The position numbers and the translations under genes are program-made. 64,000 bases of DNA from an uncultured bacterium. Its GTDB lineage: Bacteria > Krumholzibacteriota > Krumholzibacteriia > Krumholzibacteriales > Krumholzibacteriaceae. The notes beneath the pieces were generated by a model. That model worked only from the letters and a program-made list of their open reading frames with translations. It did no database searches and was not told the DNA's origin. Each line of letters begins with the position of its first letter. Position 1 is the stretch's first letter. The DNA is taken from NCBI GenBank assembly GCA_963786935.1, contig CAWBAN010000001.1:1248001-1312000 (forward strand), read 5' to 3'. This document shows positions 44,250 to 55,003 of the stretch, piece by piece.

Positions 44250-45272
44250 TCAGAGCAAATGCTCGGCGTCGACGAGCTCGTTCCCGCCGCCCGAAGCGAC
44301 CGCGTACTGAAATCCTTCCTGGAGCGCGAGCGCGCCGATCTCCCCCTCCTTCGAGAGAGCGACGAACGCGACCTGGAACGCGGGCTTTCCCGAATGCCGC
44401 TTGATGATCCGCTCGAGCGCGCGCTTCACCGCGGCTTTCGGCGAGAGTCCCTCCCGCATCCCCTCGACGACGAGAAAGCTCCCGCACGTCTTGATGACCT
44501 CTTCTCCCTTGCCCGTCGCCGCGGCGGCGCCGACCTCGTTGTCGACGTACATGCCCGCGCCGATGATCGGAGAATCGCCGACGCGCCCGTGTATCTTGAA
44601 CGCGAGCCCCGACGTCGTGCAGGCGCCGGCGAGGTTCCCCGCGGCGTCGATGGCGACCATCCCGATCGTGTCGTGATCGAGGTCTTTCGGGAACCAGTCG
44701 TCCTTGTCGCTCATTCCCTGCTTCCACTTGATCCACGCCTCGCGGGCCGCCTCGGTGAGCAGCTCCTCGCGCGCGAAGCCCTGCTTCCGCGCGAACTCCT
44801 CGGCCCCCGCGCCGACGATGAACACGTGATCCGTGGCCTCCATGACCTGCCGGGCGATCGAGATCGGGTGCCGGTAGTTCTCGATGAAGGCGACCGCGCC
44901 GGCGCGGCCGTCGGGCCCCATGATGCAGGCGTCGAGCGTCACCCTGCACTCCTCGTCGGGCAGCCCGCCGTAGCCGACGCTGTTCACGGACGGATCCCCC
45001 TCGGGAACGCGCACGCCCGCCTCGACGGCGTCGAGGGCCGCGCCTCCCGCGGAGAGGATCTTCCACGCCGCGTCGTTCGCCGGCATGCCGTGCTTCCACG
45101 TGGAGATGACGAGGGGCTTCTTCCCCTCCCCGGGGCCGGCGAGCGGCGCCGCCGAAAGCCCCGAAAGCGGAGAGCCGGAAAAGAGCGAGCGCAGCGGCAC
45201 GAGGCTGCCGACGGCGCCGAGTCCCGCGGTGATCTTGAGGAACCTACGGCGTGAAACGGTGGACATCGCCAT
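44250..45272 (-). CDS. Tat-exported N(4)-(beta-N-acetylglucosaminyl)-L-asparaginase (Ntn hydrolase)
   Basis: SRRRFLK Tat motif; STW, SVGYGGLPD, HDTIGM autocleavage site, TTSG, GRVGDSPIIGAG, TG.GE. Confidence 0.92.
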   Translation of the reverse strand: MAMSTVSRRRFLKITAGLGAVGSLVPLRSLFSGSPLSGLSAAPLAGPGEGKKPLVISTWKHGMPANDAAWKILSAGGAALDAVEAGVRVPEGDPSVNSVGYGGLPDEECRVTLDACIMGPDGRAGAVAFIENYRHPISIARQVMEATDHVFIVGAGAEEFARKQGFAREELLTEAAREAWIKWKQGMSDKDDWFPKDLDHDTIGMVAIDAAGNLAGACTTSGLAFKIHGRVGDSPIIGAGMYVDNEVGAAAATGKGEEVIKTCGSFLVVEGMREGLSPKAAVKRALERIIKRHSGKPAFQVAFVALSKEGEIGALALQEGFQYAVASGGGNELVDAEHLL

Positions 45273-45334
45273 ACCTCCCGGTCAGGCGTTTGACGTTCCG
45301 CGAACGGCCCGGATCGATCGGAACGAGCGCGCTC

Positions 45335-46069
45335 CTATCCGATCCGATCCTTCGTGAGCTCGCGCTTGAGCGCGGCGATGGCTTTCGTCGGGTTGAGGCT
45401 CTTCGGACACGCTTCGACGCAATTGAATATCGTATGGCACCGCCAGAGGCCGTGCTTGTCGTCGAGCGCCTCGAAATGCTCGCGCGCTCCCTCGTCGCGG
45501 CTGTCCGCGATGAAGCGGTACGCCTTGAGGAACGCGTGCGGCCCGAGGTACTTCTCGTCCGCCCAGAACGACGGACACGACGAGGTGCACGCCCCGCAGA
45601 GGATACACTCGTACAGGCCGTCGAGCTTCGCCCGGTCCGCCTGGCTCTGGAGACGCTCGTGATCGCTCGGCGGCGCCGTCTTCGTGATGAGGTACGGCTT
45701 CACGGCGAGGAGCTTCTCGACCAGCGGATCGATGTTCACGGCGAGATCCTTGATGACGGGATAGCCCTTGAGCGGCTCGACCGTCACGACGGAGCCCCCG
45801 AGCGCCATCACCTGCGTCTCGCACGCGAGGCGGTTCACCCCGTTGATCGTCATCGCGCAGGAGCCGCAGATGCCGCTCTTGCACGAGCGCCGGAAGGTGA
45901 GCGTCCCGTCGTGCTTCCACCTGATTTCGTTCAGGCAGTCGAGGACGGACGTCCCCGTCATGACCGCGAGCTTGTACTCCTGCCAGTAGTGCTCCTTCTC
46001 CCTGCCGCCCGTGCCGTAGCGCTTGACGCGGAAGGTGAAGTGCTTCGCTTCGTGTTCGTTGCCAGCCAT
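45335..46069 (-). CDS. sdhB: Succinate dehydrogenase iron-sulfur subunit
   Basis: SCKSGICGSC...C, CILCGACTSSCP, CHTIFNCVEACP. Confidence 0.95.
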   Translation of the reverse strand: MAGNEHEAKHFTFRVKRYGTGGREKEHYWQEYKLAVMTGTSVLDCLNEIRWKHDGTLTFRRSCKSGICGSCAMTINGVNRLACETQVMALGGSVVTVEPLKGYPVIKDLAVNIDPLVEKLLAVKPYLITKTAPPSDHERLQSQADRAKLDGLYECILCGACTSSCPSFWADEKYLGPHAFLKAYRFIADSRDEGAREHFEALDDKHGLWRCHTIFNCVEACPKSLNPTKAIAALKRELTKDRIG

Positions 46070-46088
46070 CGCGTGTGGCCTCCTTCGC

Positions 46089-47876
<1,788 letters not shown>

Positions 47877-47879
47877 ATC

Positions 47880-48242
47880 CTAAAAACCTCCCTGGAACGG
47901 AAGTATGGTGAGAATGCCGAGCACGAGCGCGACGAGGGCGACGAGCGATATCGCGCTGAAGAGGAATATGCGCGCCCAGCCGAGATGGATGTAGTCCTCG
48001 AGGACGATCCAGAGCCCGTAGAGCCCGTGGAAGAGCGCGACGACGAGGAACGAGATATCGATCGTTTTCCACAGCGGGGTGGCGAGCCGGTCCGCGACCC
48101 CCGCGAAGGTGAGATCCTCCCTGAGGAGATAGTGGAGCAGCCACACGTGCGCGAAGAGCACGACGGCGAGGTAGATGCCGCTCACCCGCTGGAAGAGCCA
48201 CAGGACGGCGCCGCCCGACGTGACGTTTTCACGTGATCTCAT
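47880..48242 (-). CDS. sdhD: Succinate dehydrogenase hydrophobic membrane anchor
   Basis: WLFQRVSG, H...GLW...EDY; three TM helices. Confidence 0.88.
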   Translation of the reverse strand: MRSRENVTSGGAVLWLFQRVSGIYLAVVLFAHVWLLHYLLREDLTFAGVADRLATPLWKTIDISFLVVALFHGLYGLWIVLEDYIHLGWARIFLFSAISLVALVALVLGILTILPFQGGF

Positions 48243-48643
48243 GACAGCCCACCCCCCCCGATTCTCGCGAGGGCCGAGAGGAGGCCGCCCGTCCTGGTGA
48301 GCATCGCGTAGGCCACGACACCCCACGAGACGAGCCACAGAACAACCGCGACACCGAAGACCTGCTTCTGCCGCTCGACCATGACCCCGATATCGACGAG
48401 AGTCACCCGGAGACCGTTCCACAGATGATAGAGAATGACGCCGACGAGCCCGATCTCGAGTGCCTTGGCGAACGGATTGTTGAAGAACTCCATGATTCCG
48501 TCGAAGCTCTCCCGCCCGCCGATCAGGTGATGGATCACCCAGATATGGACGAGCAGGTAGAGAATGAGCGCGAGACCGGAGAGACGGTGGAGAATCCACG
48601 CCGCCGTCCCGAGGTGTATCCGGTACCTCTGAAGTGCCCTCAT
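48239..48643 (-). CDS. sdhC: Succinate dehydrogenase cytochrome b556 subunit
   Basis: WILHRLSG, HIW, YHLWNGLR. Confidence 0.9.
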   Translation of the reverse strand: MRALQRYRIHLGTAAWILHRLSGLALILYLLVHIWVIHHLIGGRESFDGIMEFFNNPFAKALEIGLVGVILYHLWNGLRVTLVDIGVMVERQKQVFGVAVVLWLVSWGVVAYAMLTRTGGLLSALARIGGGGLS

Positions 48644-48720
48644 GATCCCTCCCCGTTTGAAACCGCGGATCCCGCGGGATCCGCCTGCATACCGATGGTG
48701 AAAAAGCGACCGGTCCGGGG

Positions 48721-48749
48721 ACTATATCACCCGGCATCGGGAGCGTCAA
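48721..48749 (-). promoter_or_regulatory. Putative sigma70 promoter of sdhCDAB
   Basis: Minus strand TTGACG-N17-TATAGT. Confidence 0.6.
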
Positions 48750-48919
48750 CGGGAATGCTGAATGCGGCGAGCGGCGGGGACGAGCGCTCGCGCGCCGAGC
48801 GAAACCGCCACAAATATGTTGACGCAATTTCAATCGTATTGCTAGCTTGCGTCATTGGCAGCGGCAAAGCGTCTAGGATAGGATCTCTCCCGGTCCTTCA
48901 ACCGAGCAAGGAGGCTCGT

Positions 48920-49417
48920 ATGCATCGTTCGAAATTGCTCGCAGTGCTTCTCGTGCTGTCCGCGTTCATGTTCTCGTGCTCCGGCGAGGACGGCGCAACC
49001 GGCCCCGCCGGCGCGGACGGCAATGCAAATGTCATCGTGTTCCATTTCGGCTCGAGAACGTCTACCGGCACGATTTACTACCCCTTCAATATCACGCAGG
49101 AGATCATGGAACAGAGCCTTGTTCTCGGCTACTACAATCCGGCGGCGATCGGCGACACGACGACGTATTACCCCGTTCCCGGTCTCGGCCCCTGGGCCAA
49201 CTACCAGACGCGCTGCTACACGTATAGATCCAGCGACACTCAGTATACCTATCAGTTCTCTCTCATGACCCCGAACGGCACAGGCGACTACCTGACCTCG
49301 ACGGTGATATCGAGGTTCAAGCTCATCGTCTGTCCCGCGTCAGTCATTAATTCGCGGGGATCGCTCGACCTCGCCGATTACAACGCGGTGCGGGAATATC
49401 TGAACTTGTCCGAATGA
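48920..49417 (+). CDS. Lipoprotein with short collagen-like (Gly-X-Y) stretch
   Basis: Lipobox MFSC followed by GEDGATGPAGADGNAN; AAGGAGG RBS; C-terminal D..DY.AV..YL. Confidence 0.8.
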   Translation: MHRSKLLAVLLVLSAFMFSCSGEDGATGPAGADGNANVIVFHFGSRTSTGTIYYPFNITQEIMEQSLVLGYYNPAAIGDTTTYYPVPGLGPWANYQTRCYTYRSSDTQYTYQFSLMTPNGTGDYLTSTVISRFKLIVCPASVINSRGSLDLADYNAVREYLNLSE

Positions 49418-49439
49418 CCGCGCCGGCATTGGACGCAAA

Positions 49440-49476
49440 AAAAGGGAGAGCGGAGCGTGCCTCCGCTCTCCCTTTT
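49440..49476. terminator. Bidirectional intrinsic terminator
   Basis: aaaagggagagcggag-cgtgc-ctccgctctccctttt, a 16-bp perfect stem between convergent genes. Confidence 0.88.
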
Positions 49477-49514
49477 CGTCGCGGCGATCGGCATGCATTA
49501 TCGACCGGAGCCTC

Positions 49515-49811
49515 TTACCTCACCGGCGCCTCCGCAAGCGGCCCGACAACGGTAGTCCACTCCCGGATGCTCCAGCTCTTCACGAGCCCGTTCTTCACGT
49601 ACGGATCGGCCGCGACGAAACGCTCCGCGGCCGCGGGCGAATCCCCCTTGAAGAGAATGATCGCCCGGTCGGCGGGACTGGCGAGCGCGCCGCCCGCGAC
49701 GATCTCCCCGCGCTCCGCCGCTGCGCGCGCGAGCGCGAGATGCTCCGGGCGGTAGGCGCCGCGGCGCTCGAGATAATCATCGCTGACTTCATAGAAAAGC
49801 AGATAGTGCAT
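49515..49811 (-). CDS. YciI-like protein
   Basis: R..YR.EHL, GGAL..P, DPYV.NGLV..W.IREW. Confidence 0.9.
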   Translation of the reverse strand: MHYLLFYEVSDDYLERRGAYRPEHLALARAAAERGEIVAGGALASPADRAIILFKGDSPAAAERFVAADPYVKNGLVKSWSIREWTTVVGPLAEAPVR

Positions 49812-49867
49812 GGCTCCTCCTCACGAGTCTTGGGCCGGGTCCCGCGCATTCGGCAGCCGGAGGCGCA

Positions 49868-50218
49868 TCACGCCTTCACCCATGTTCGAATCGCGACGAA
49901 CAGCAGGAAGACGGCGAACAGACGCTGAAGCTCGCGCGGGGGCAGCTTCAGGGCGAGAGAAGCGCCGATATACGCGCCGAGGACGAGGCCGAGCGCGATC
50001 CAGAGCGCGGCGTGAATATCGAGCGATTGGTTGCGGTAGTATTGCCACGCGCCGAGCACGCCCACCGGCAGGAGAAGCGCCCCGAGCGACGTCCCCGTTG
50101 CCATCTGCGGCTTCATGTGCGCCACGATCATCAGCGCCGGCACGATGATGATGCCGCCGCCGATACCGAACATCCCCGCGAGCACGCCCGCGGCCAATCC
50201 GATGATAATGAATTGCAT
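49868..50218 (-). CDS. Sulfite exporter TauE/SafE family protein (half-size)
   Basis: AGMFGIGGGIIIVP, A.GTSL; four TM helices. Confidence 0.88.
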   Translation of the reverse strand: MQFIIIGLAAGVLAGMFGIGGGIIIVPALMIVAHMKPQMATGTSLGALLLPVGVLGAWQYYRNQSLDIHAALWIALGLVLGAYIGASLALKLPPRELQRLFAVFLLFVAIRTWVKA

Positions 50219-50408
50219 AATCCCTCCCGGTGAGGCGCCGTCCCTTGAAATCCCCGCCATCCTACCCCCGTTGGCGAGGCCGCTCAAGCCTTAAAGCGCG
50301 CCGGTTCGCCGACAATCGATTGCGCTCCCCCGCTTCCCGTGCGAGAATTTCCCGTGAGGAATTCGGCGCCTCACCTGTCTTAAAGAGCGGAAATCGAAGG
50401 GAGACCCG

Positions 50409-50948
50409 ATGGCGAAGGGGCCGGACCGGACACTCGTCGAGGCGTGCATCCGCGGAGATCGCGAAGCGTACGCGGAGCTCGTGAAGCTCCACGCGGGACG
50501 GGTCTACGCGGTGTGTCTCGCGATCGCCGGGAGCGACTCGGACGCGGAGGATCTGGCGCAGGAGGCGCTCGTGAAGGGATTCACGAATATCGCTTCGCTC
50601 AGGGACCGGGACCGGTTCGGGGCATGGATCGCCACGATCGCGGGAAATCTGAGCCGGAATTTCGTCCGGCAGCGCACGAACCGGCTGAGGCTCCTCGCGG
50701 CGCAGGCGGACTGCCCGCACGGAGAGCCGGACGGTCATCCGGACCTCAGGCGGGCGCTCGGGGAGCTCCCCGAGCGATACCGGATCCCCCTCGTGCTCTA
50801 CTACTTCGACGCCAGGAACGCGGAGAGCATCGCCGCGACGCTCGGCATATCCGCCGAGGCGGTCCATATGAGACTGTGCCGGGCGCGGGGCGAGCTTCGA
50901 AAGCTGCTCGAGAAAATGGAGGCGCACGATGAAAAACGATTGCCTTGA
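50409..50948 (+). CDS. ECF RNA polymerase sigma factor
   Basis: GDREAY, DAEDLAQE, F.AWI..IA.N, LPERYR, region 4 HTH. Confidence 0.92.
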   Translation: MAKGPDRTLVEACIRGDREAYAELVKLHAGRVYAVCLAIAGSDSDAEDLAQEALVKGFTNIASLRDRDRFGAWIATIAGNLSRNFVRQRTNRLRLLAAQADCPHGEPDGHPDLRRALGELPERYRIPLVLYYFDARNAESIAATLGISAEAVHMRLCRARGELRKLLEKMEAHDEKRLP

Positions 50949-52383
50949 GATGAAACGGAGAATCGAGAGCGCGCTCGGGTGCGCTCCGGAGCCCGGCGAG
51001 CTGGACGAAATCGAGCGGCACTGCGCGGCGTGCGGCGATTGCCGCGCGTATCGGGAGCGGCTCATCGGAGATGATCGGGCGCTCGCCGAGCTCGCGGCGC
51101 GTCGCGCCGAATCGATTCGGCGCGTCAGGGAGCGCGCCATCGAGCGGGTGCGCGCGGCGGACCGGGCGCCCGGGAGGCGAAGCGGTTCTATCCTCGCGAG
51201 AGCTTCGAGATACGCGGCTATCGCCGCCGGGGCGGCCGCGGCAGTCGTCGTCGCGTTCGCCGCGATCGATCTCATCCGCGGCGCCGCCAACGGCCCCGTC
51301 CCCGCCTTCGCCGCGGTACAGGAGAAGATGCAGAAAGCGGACAACGTCGTCAATCGCGTGCGCCTCTGGAGGCTGGGCGAATGGACGACGTATACGGAGA
51401 GTACGGCCCGCCCGTGGCGCCATCGACGAGACTTCGTGGACAGCGTGCACGTTCACGGCGGCGGAGACATGAGCGGCTCGACGGATCTCAGGCTCTATCC
51501 GTCCGAAAAGCGCGCGGTGGTATCGAGGGTGGTATACAATGATACATGTTCGGCATGCTGGGAGAAACGCAAGGAACGGCCGGATGCGGTGGACGTTGTC
51601 ACCGGATGGTGCAAGCAGAAGGGCTTCGTCTTCGTTCGAAAGGAGCGCTACGAAGGTAAAGAGATGGCGATCTACGAGAAGGCGTCGAGCACGAGGAAGC
51701 ATCGAGTGACCGCGTGGGTGGATCTCGAGACGGAGCTTCTCGCGCGGCTCGAGGTCGTGAGCCCCCGGAGCGGCCCGAACGCCGATACCTATTGCTACGG
51801 CCTTCGCTTGAGGGATTTTCTGCCGAGCGGCGGGAAGGCGACCGGCTGGATCGAGCTGAAGCCGGACGAGCCGTGCATGATACTGGATAACTTCAAATGG
51901 AACGAGATAAGCGACACGTCGCTGTTCAGCACGGTTCCCCCAGCGGGATACCGTGTGGAAAACGAGTATCCGTTCGATTTCGACGAGCTCACAGGACAAC
52001 ACAGGGCGAGGGGGCTCGCGCAGGGACTCCGCCGCTGGCTCGATCTCTCCGGAAACGCCTTCCCCGACGACATTCACGATCTGGACGATTCCACGAAGGT
52101 CAAGTCGCTCCTTATCGCGAAGTTTCGCCGCGGCGGCGAGCCCACGGATGAGTTCCGTGCCGCCCTTCGCTATGCCGAAATCTGGGAGAGAACCGCGGTC
52201 TCCCCGAGGTCCCTGGAACAGTTCCGTCACACGCCCATTCACTACTCCGCCAAAGGCGCCGAGTTCGGCGATTCGAAAAGAGCCATCTGCTGGATCAAGG
52301 TGGAAGAGGAGCCGTATCACGTCATCTATGCCGACCTGCACGTGGCAGCTTCCCCGACACCGCCGAAGCTCGCCGTGGAATGA
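50929..52383 (+). CDS. Putative anti-sigma factor (ZAS motif, TM segment, large extracytoplasmic domain)
   Basis: HCAACGDC (HxxxCxxC) near the N-terminus, one TM helix, overlaps the ECF gene. Confidence 0.75.
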   Translation: MKNDCLEMKRRIESALGCAPEPGELDEIERHCAACGDCRAYRERLIGDDRALAELAARRAESIRRVRERAIERVRAADRAPGRRSGSILARASRYAAIAAGAAAAVVVAFAAIDLIRGAANGPVPAFAAVQEKMQKADNVVNRVRLWRLGEWTTYTESTARPWRHRRDFVDSVHVHGGGDMSGSTDLRLYPSEKRAVVSRVVYNDTCSACWEKRKERPDAVDVVTGWCKQKGFVFVRKERYEGKEMAIYEKASSTRKHRVTAWVDLETELLARLEVVSPRSGPNADTYCYGLRLRDFLPSGGKATGWIELKPDEPCMILDNFKWNEISDTSLFSTVPPAGYRVENEYPFDFDELTGQHRARGLAQGLRRWLDLSGNAFPDDIHDLDDSTKVKSLLIAKFRRGGEPTDEFRAALRYAEIWERTAVSPRSLEQFRHTPIHYSAKGAEFGDSKRAICWIKVEEEPYHVIYADLHVAASPTPPKLAVE

Positions 52384-52422
52384 AGGACGGGCAATCTATT
52401 ATCCGGTCGGCTTGAGGTGCCT

Positions 52423-52484
52423 CGCGAGGAATGGCGGCCTCGACCTTCGGATCGTCGAACCCGCCGCGGCCGCCATTCCTCGCG
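52423..52484. repeat. Intergenic 17-bp perfect inverted repeat enclosing a smaller hairpin
   Basis: cgcgaggaatggcggcc (52423-52439) and ggccgccattcctcgcg (52468-52484); inner tcgac-cttcggatc-gtcga. Confidence 0.75.
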
Positions 52485-52606
52485 GCGCAGGGGGCTGGAT
52501 TTCCATTGGCGCCGCCCGCCGTCGCGCACTATCTTTAATATCGTTAGCCCCACTCAGCCCATCGGACCTTTCCACCCACTTCGCCCGGAGCAGGAGGAAT
52601 TCGCTC

Positions 52607-53782
52607 ATGCGCACGCGCATTCATCTCGCGCTCATCTGCGTCCTTGCGACCCTGGCGTTCGCTCCGTCGATCGCGCGCACCGAAACCCGGAGCGCGGCGC
52701 CGATCGTATTCGAGGACAGCGGCCTCAATCTCAGCGCGGGCGGATCGTGCTTCAGCATCGCCCTCGGCGACGTCGACGGCGACGGTGATCTCGACGCATT
52801 CGTCACGCAGTACGACCGATCGAGCAGGCTCTGGCTCAACAGCGGCAGCGGCCTCTACACGCGATCGAGCCAGACCTTCGGCGCGACGACCGCGCATGGA
52901 GCGGCGCTCGGCGATCTCGACGGAGACGGAGACCTCGATCTCTTTCTCGTCTTCAACGAAGCGCAGCACCGCGTCTACCTGAACGACGGAAACGGCATCT
53001 TCACCGACAGCGCGCAGCGCCTCGGCAGCGCGGCCGATCTCGGAACAGCCGTCCGGCTCGGAGACATCGACGGCGACGGCGACCTCGACGCTCTCGTGCA
53101 GAACGGAGCGGTATGGAGCGCGATCTGGCGGAACGACGGCGCCGGGCATTTCGGCCCGCCCTCCCCCGTCGAGCAGAGCGGGAGCAAATCGATAGCCCTC
53201 GGCGACCTCGATGGCGACCATGACCTCGATCTCTTCATGTCGGGCACGGGCGCGCTCGACGACGTGGTATTCCTCAACGACGGAACGGGCGAGTTCATCG
53301 ACAGCGGACAGCGGCTCGGAAGCAGTGCGGGATGGGGCGAAGCGGCGCTGGGAGATCTCGACGAAGACGGCGACCTCGACGCGTTCGTGACGAACAACTC
53401 TGCCGGAAATGTCGTCTATCTGAACAACGGCGCCGGGGACTTCACCGCCGCGGGACCGGCCTTCGGCGGATCGAGCCAAAGGGTCGTGCTCGGCGATCTC
53501 GATCGTGACGGCGACATCGACGCGGTGACGGTACACATCAACAACGGCAACACGGTGTGGATGAACGACGGCGCGGGAGGATTCGGCCTCGTCGGGCCTC
53601 TCGGCGCTCAGTACGGCCTATCGGCGAGCCTCGGCGACACCGACAAGGACGGGGATCTCGACGCGTTCGTCGGATTCGGTTACCAGATTGCCGGGGCGCC
53701 CGTGAAGCTCTATCGCAACAGCTGCCCCGTGGCCGCCCGATCGACGAGCTGGGGCGAAATAAAAGGCCGGTTCGACCGCTAG
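52607..53782 (+). CDS. Secreted FG-GAP/VCBS repeat beta-propeller with C-terminal SWGEIK motif
   Basis: AGGAGG RBS; signal peptide; seven GDxDxDGDLD-type repeats; ends STSWGEIKGRFDR. Confidence 0.88.
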   Translation: MRTRIHLALICVLATLAFAPSIARTETRSAAPIVFEDSGLNLSAGGSCFSIALGDVDGDGDLDAFVTQYDRSSRLWLNSGSGLYTRSSQTFGATTAHGAALGDLDGDGDLDLFLVFNEAQHRVYLNDGNGIFTDSAQRLGSAADLGTAVRLGDIDGDGDLDALVQNGAVWSAIWRNDGAGHFGPPSPVEQSGSKSIALGDLDGDHDLDLFMSGTGALDDVVFLNDGTGEFIDSGQRLGSSAGWGEAALGDLDEDGDLDAFVTNNSAGNVVYLNNGAGDFTAAGPAFGGSSQRVVLGDLDRDGDIDAVTVHINNGNTVWMNDGAGGFGLVGPLGAQYGLSASLGDTDKDGDLDAFVGFGYQIAGAPVKLYRNSCPVAARSTSWGEIKGRFDR

Positions 53783-54693
53783 GATCGCTTGAGATACCGG
53801 GCGAAGAACTCGCGTATGGCGGCCTCGGCGTTCGGGTCGTCGAATCCGCCGTGGCCGCCGCCTTTCACCGTATAAAGCGTGACGGGCACGCCCGCTTTCG
53901 CGAGCGCCGCGACGAGGAGCTCGCTCTGGTGATGGGGCACGAGGAGATCGCCGTCACCGTGAACGACGATGAAGGGCGGGCAGTCCCTCGTAATGTAGTT
54001 GATCGGATTGGCGCTCTCCACCTTGTCCTTGTTATCCTCGAGAGTACCGCCGATGAGCTCCGACAGGGGAGAATCGGGCTTGTTGTTGACCGGCGCGCCG
54101 GGCAGACGGTGCGCATCCATCTGGAGAAAATCGATCGGACCGTAGCGATCCGCCACGGCCTGCACGCGGCTCGAGACGTCGAGATTCTCGCCGGCGTCGA
54201 ATTTTGTCGTGGCGCCCGTGACGCCGAGCATCGTGACGAGGTATCCGCCCGCGGAGGAGCCGAGCGCGCCGAAGCGTTCCGGATCGTATCCGTACTTCGC
54301 CGCGTTCGCGCGCAGCCAGCGCACCGCCGCTTTGCAGTCCTCGATCTGCGCGGGAAACACGGCGTCCCAGCTGAAACGATAGTTGATCGAGGCGACGGCG
54401 TAGCCCTGCGAAAGCCACTGCGCCACGTCCTCCTCCCTCTTGTCCCCTTCCTTGAATCCGCCGCCGTGGATGAGAATCATAAGAGGTGGTCGCGCGGCGC
54501 CCTTCGGCAGATAAATGTCGAGCTTCTGCCGCGCATGGCCGTTCGTCACATAGGCGAGGTCGCGATGGACCGTCGTGCCGCGCGGCACGGGAGGCACGCG
54601 GGATGACATCAGGTATCTGTATCCGGTCCGAAGAATGAGGAACGACGCGGCGAGCAGAACGAGCACGATCGCCGCGATTCTCAGCACAGTCAT
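53779..54693 (-). CDS. Alpha/beta hydrolase (HSL/BD-FAE-like esterase)
   Basis: LDIYLP, IHGGGF, GSSAGG nucleophile, HG..D.LVP, GGHG. Confidence 0.92.
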   Translation of the reverse strand: MTVLRIAAIVLVLLAASFLILRTGYRYLMSSRVPPVPRGTTVHRDLAYVTNGHARQKLDIYLPKGAARPPLMILIHGGGFKEGDKREEDVAQWLSQGYAVASINYRFSWDAVFPAQIEDCKAAVRWLRANAAKYGYDPERFGALGSSAGGYLVTMLGVTGATTKFDAGENLDVSSRVQAVADRYGPIDFLQMDAHRLPGAPVNNKPDSPLSELIGGTLEDNKDKVESANPINYITRDCPPFIVVHGDGDLLVPHHQSELLVAALAKAGVPVTLYTVKGGGHGGFDDPNAEAAIREFFARYLKRS

Positions 54694-54700
54694 GGTTCGA

Positions 54701-54869
54701 TTACACCGCCTCGTTGAATTCTTCCCGATACTTGGCAACGCCCGAGACGCCCTCCATTCAGCCGCAGCTTGTCGACGATATCGGCCTCGACGCTCCGGGC
54801 GAACGCAAGCTCGTTGACGCGCCGAACGGCCGCGGCGTCTCCATGCGACTCGAGTCGAACGGTCACCAC
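54701..54869 (-). pseudogene. Internally deleted YhbS-like GNAT acetyltransferase remnant
   Basis: After a GGAGG RBS: VTVRLESHGDAAAVRRVNELAFARSVEADIVDKLR, then in a shifted frame MEGVSGVAKYREEFNEAV*. The central acetyl-CoA-binding core is absent. Confidence 0.65.
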
Positions 54870-55003
54870 ACCACGACCTCCCCCTCGTTCCGATTCTACA
54901 CCGCCGATCCCACGGGAATTCAGCTTATCATGAGGCGGCATTCCGTGCTATACTGAACAACAATTATGAGTTGGCTCCGAATGGCGCCGGCGAAGGGGCG
55001 AGC

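Noticed and set aside
52750..53670. Regularly spaced ctcggcgac..cgacggcgacggcgacctcgac DNA repeats resembling a CRISPR array
   Set aside because: They are degenerate at third codon positions, in frame, and encode FG-GAP repeats; there are no identical repeats and no cas genes.
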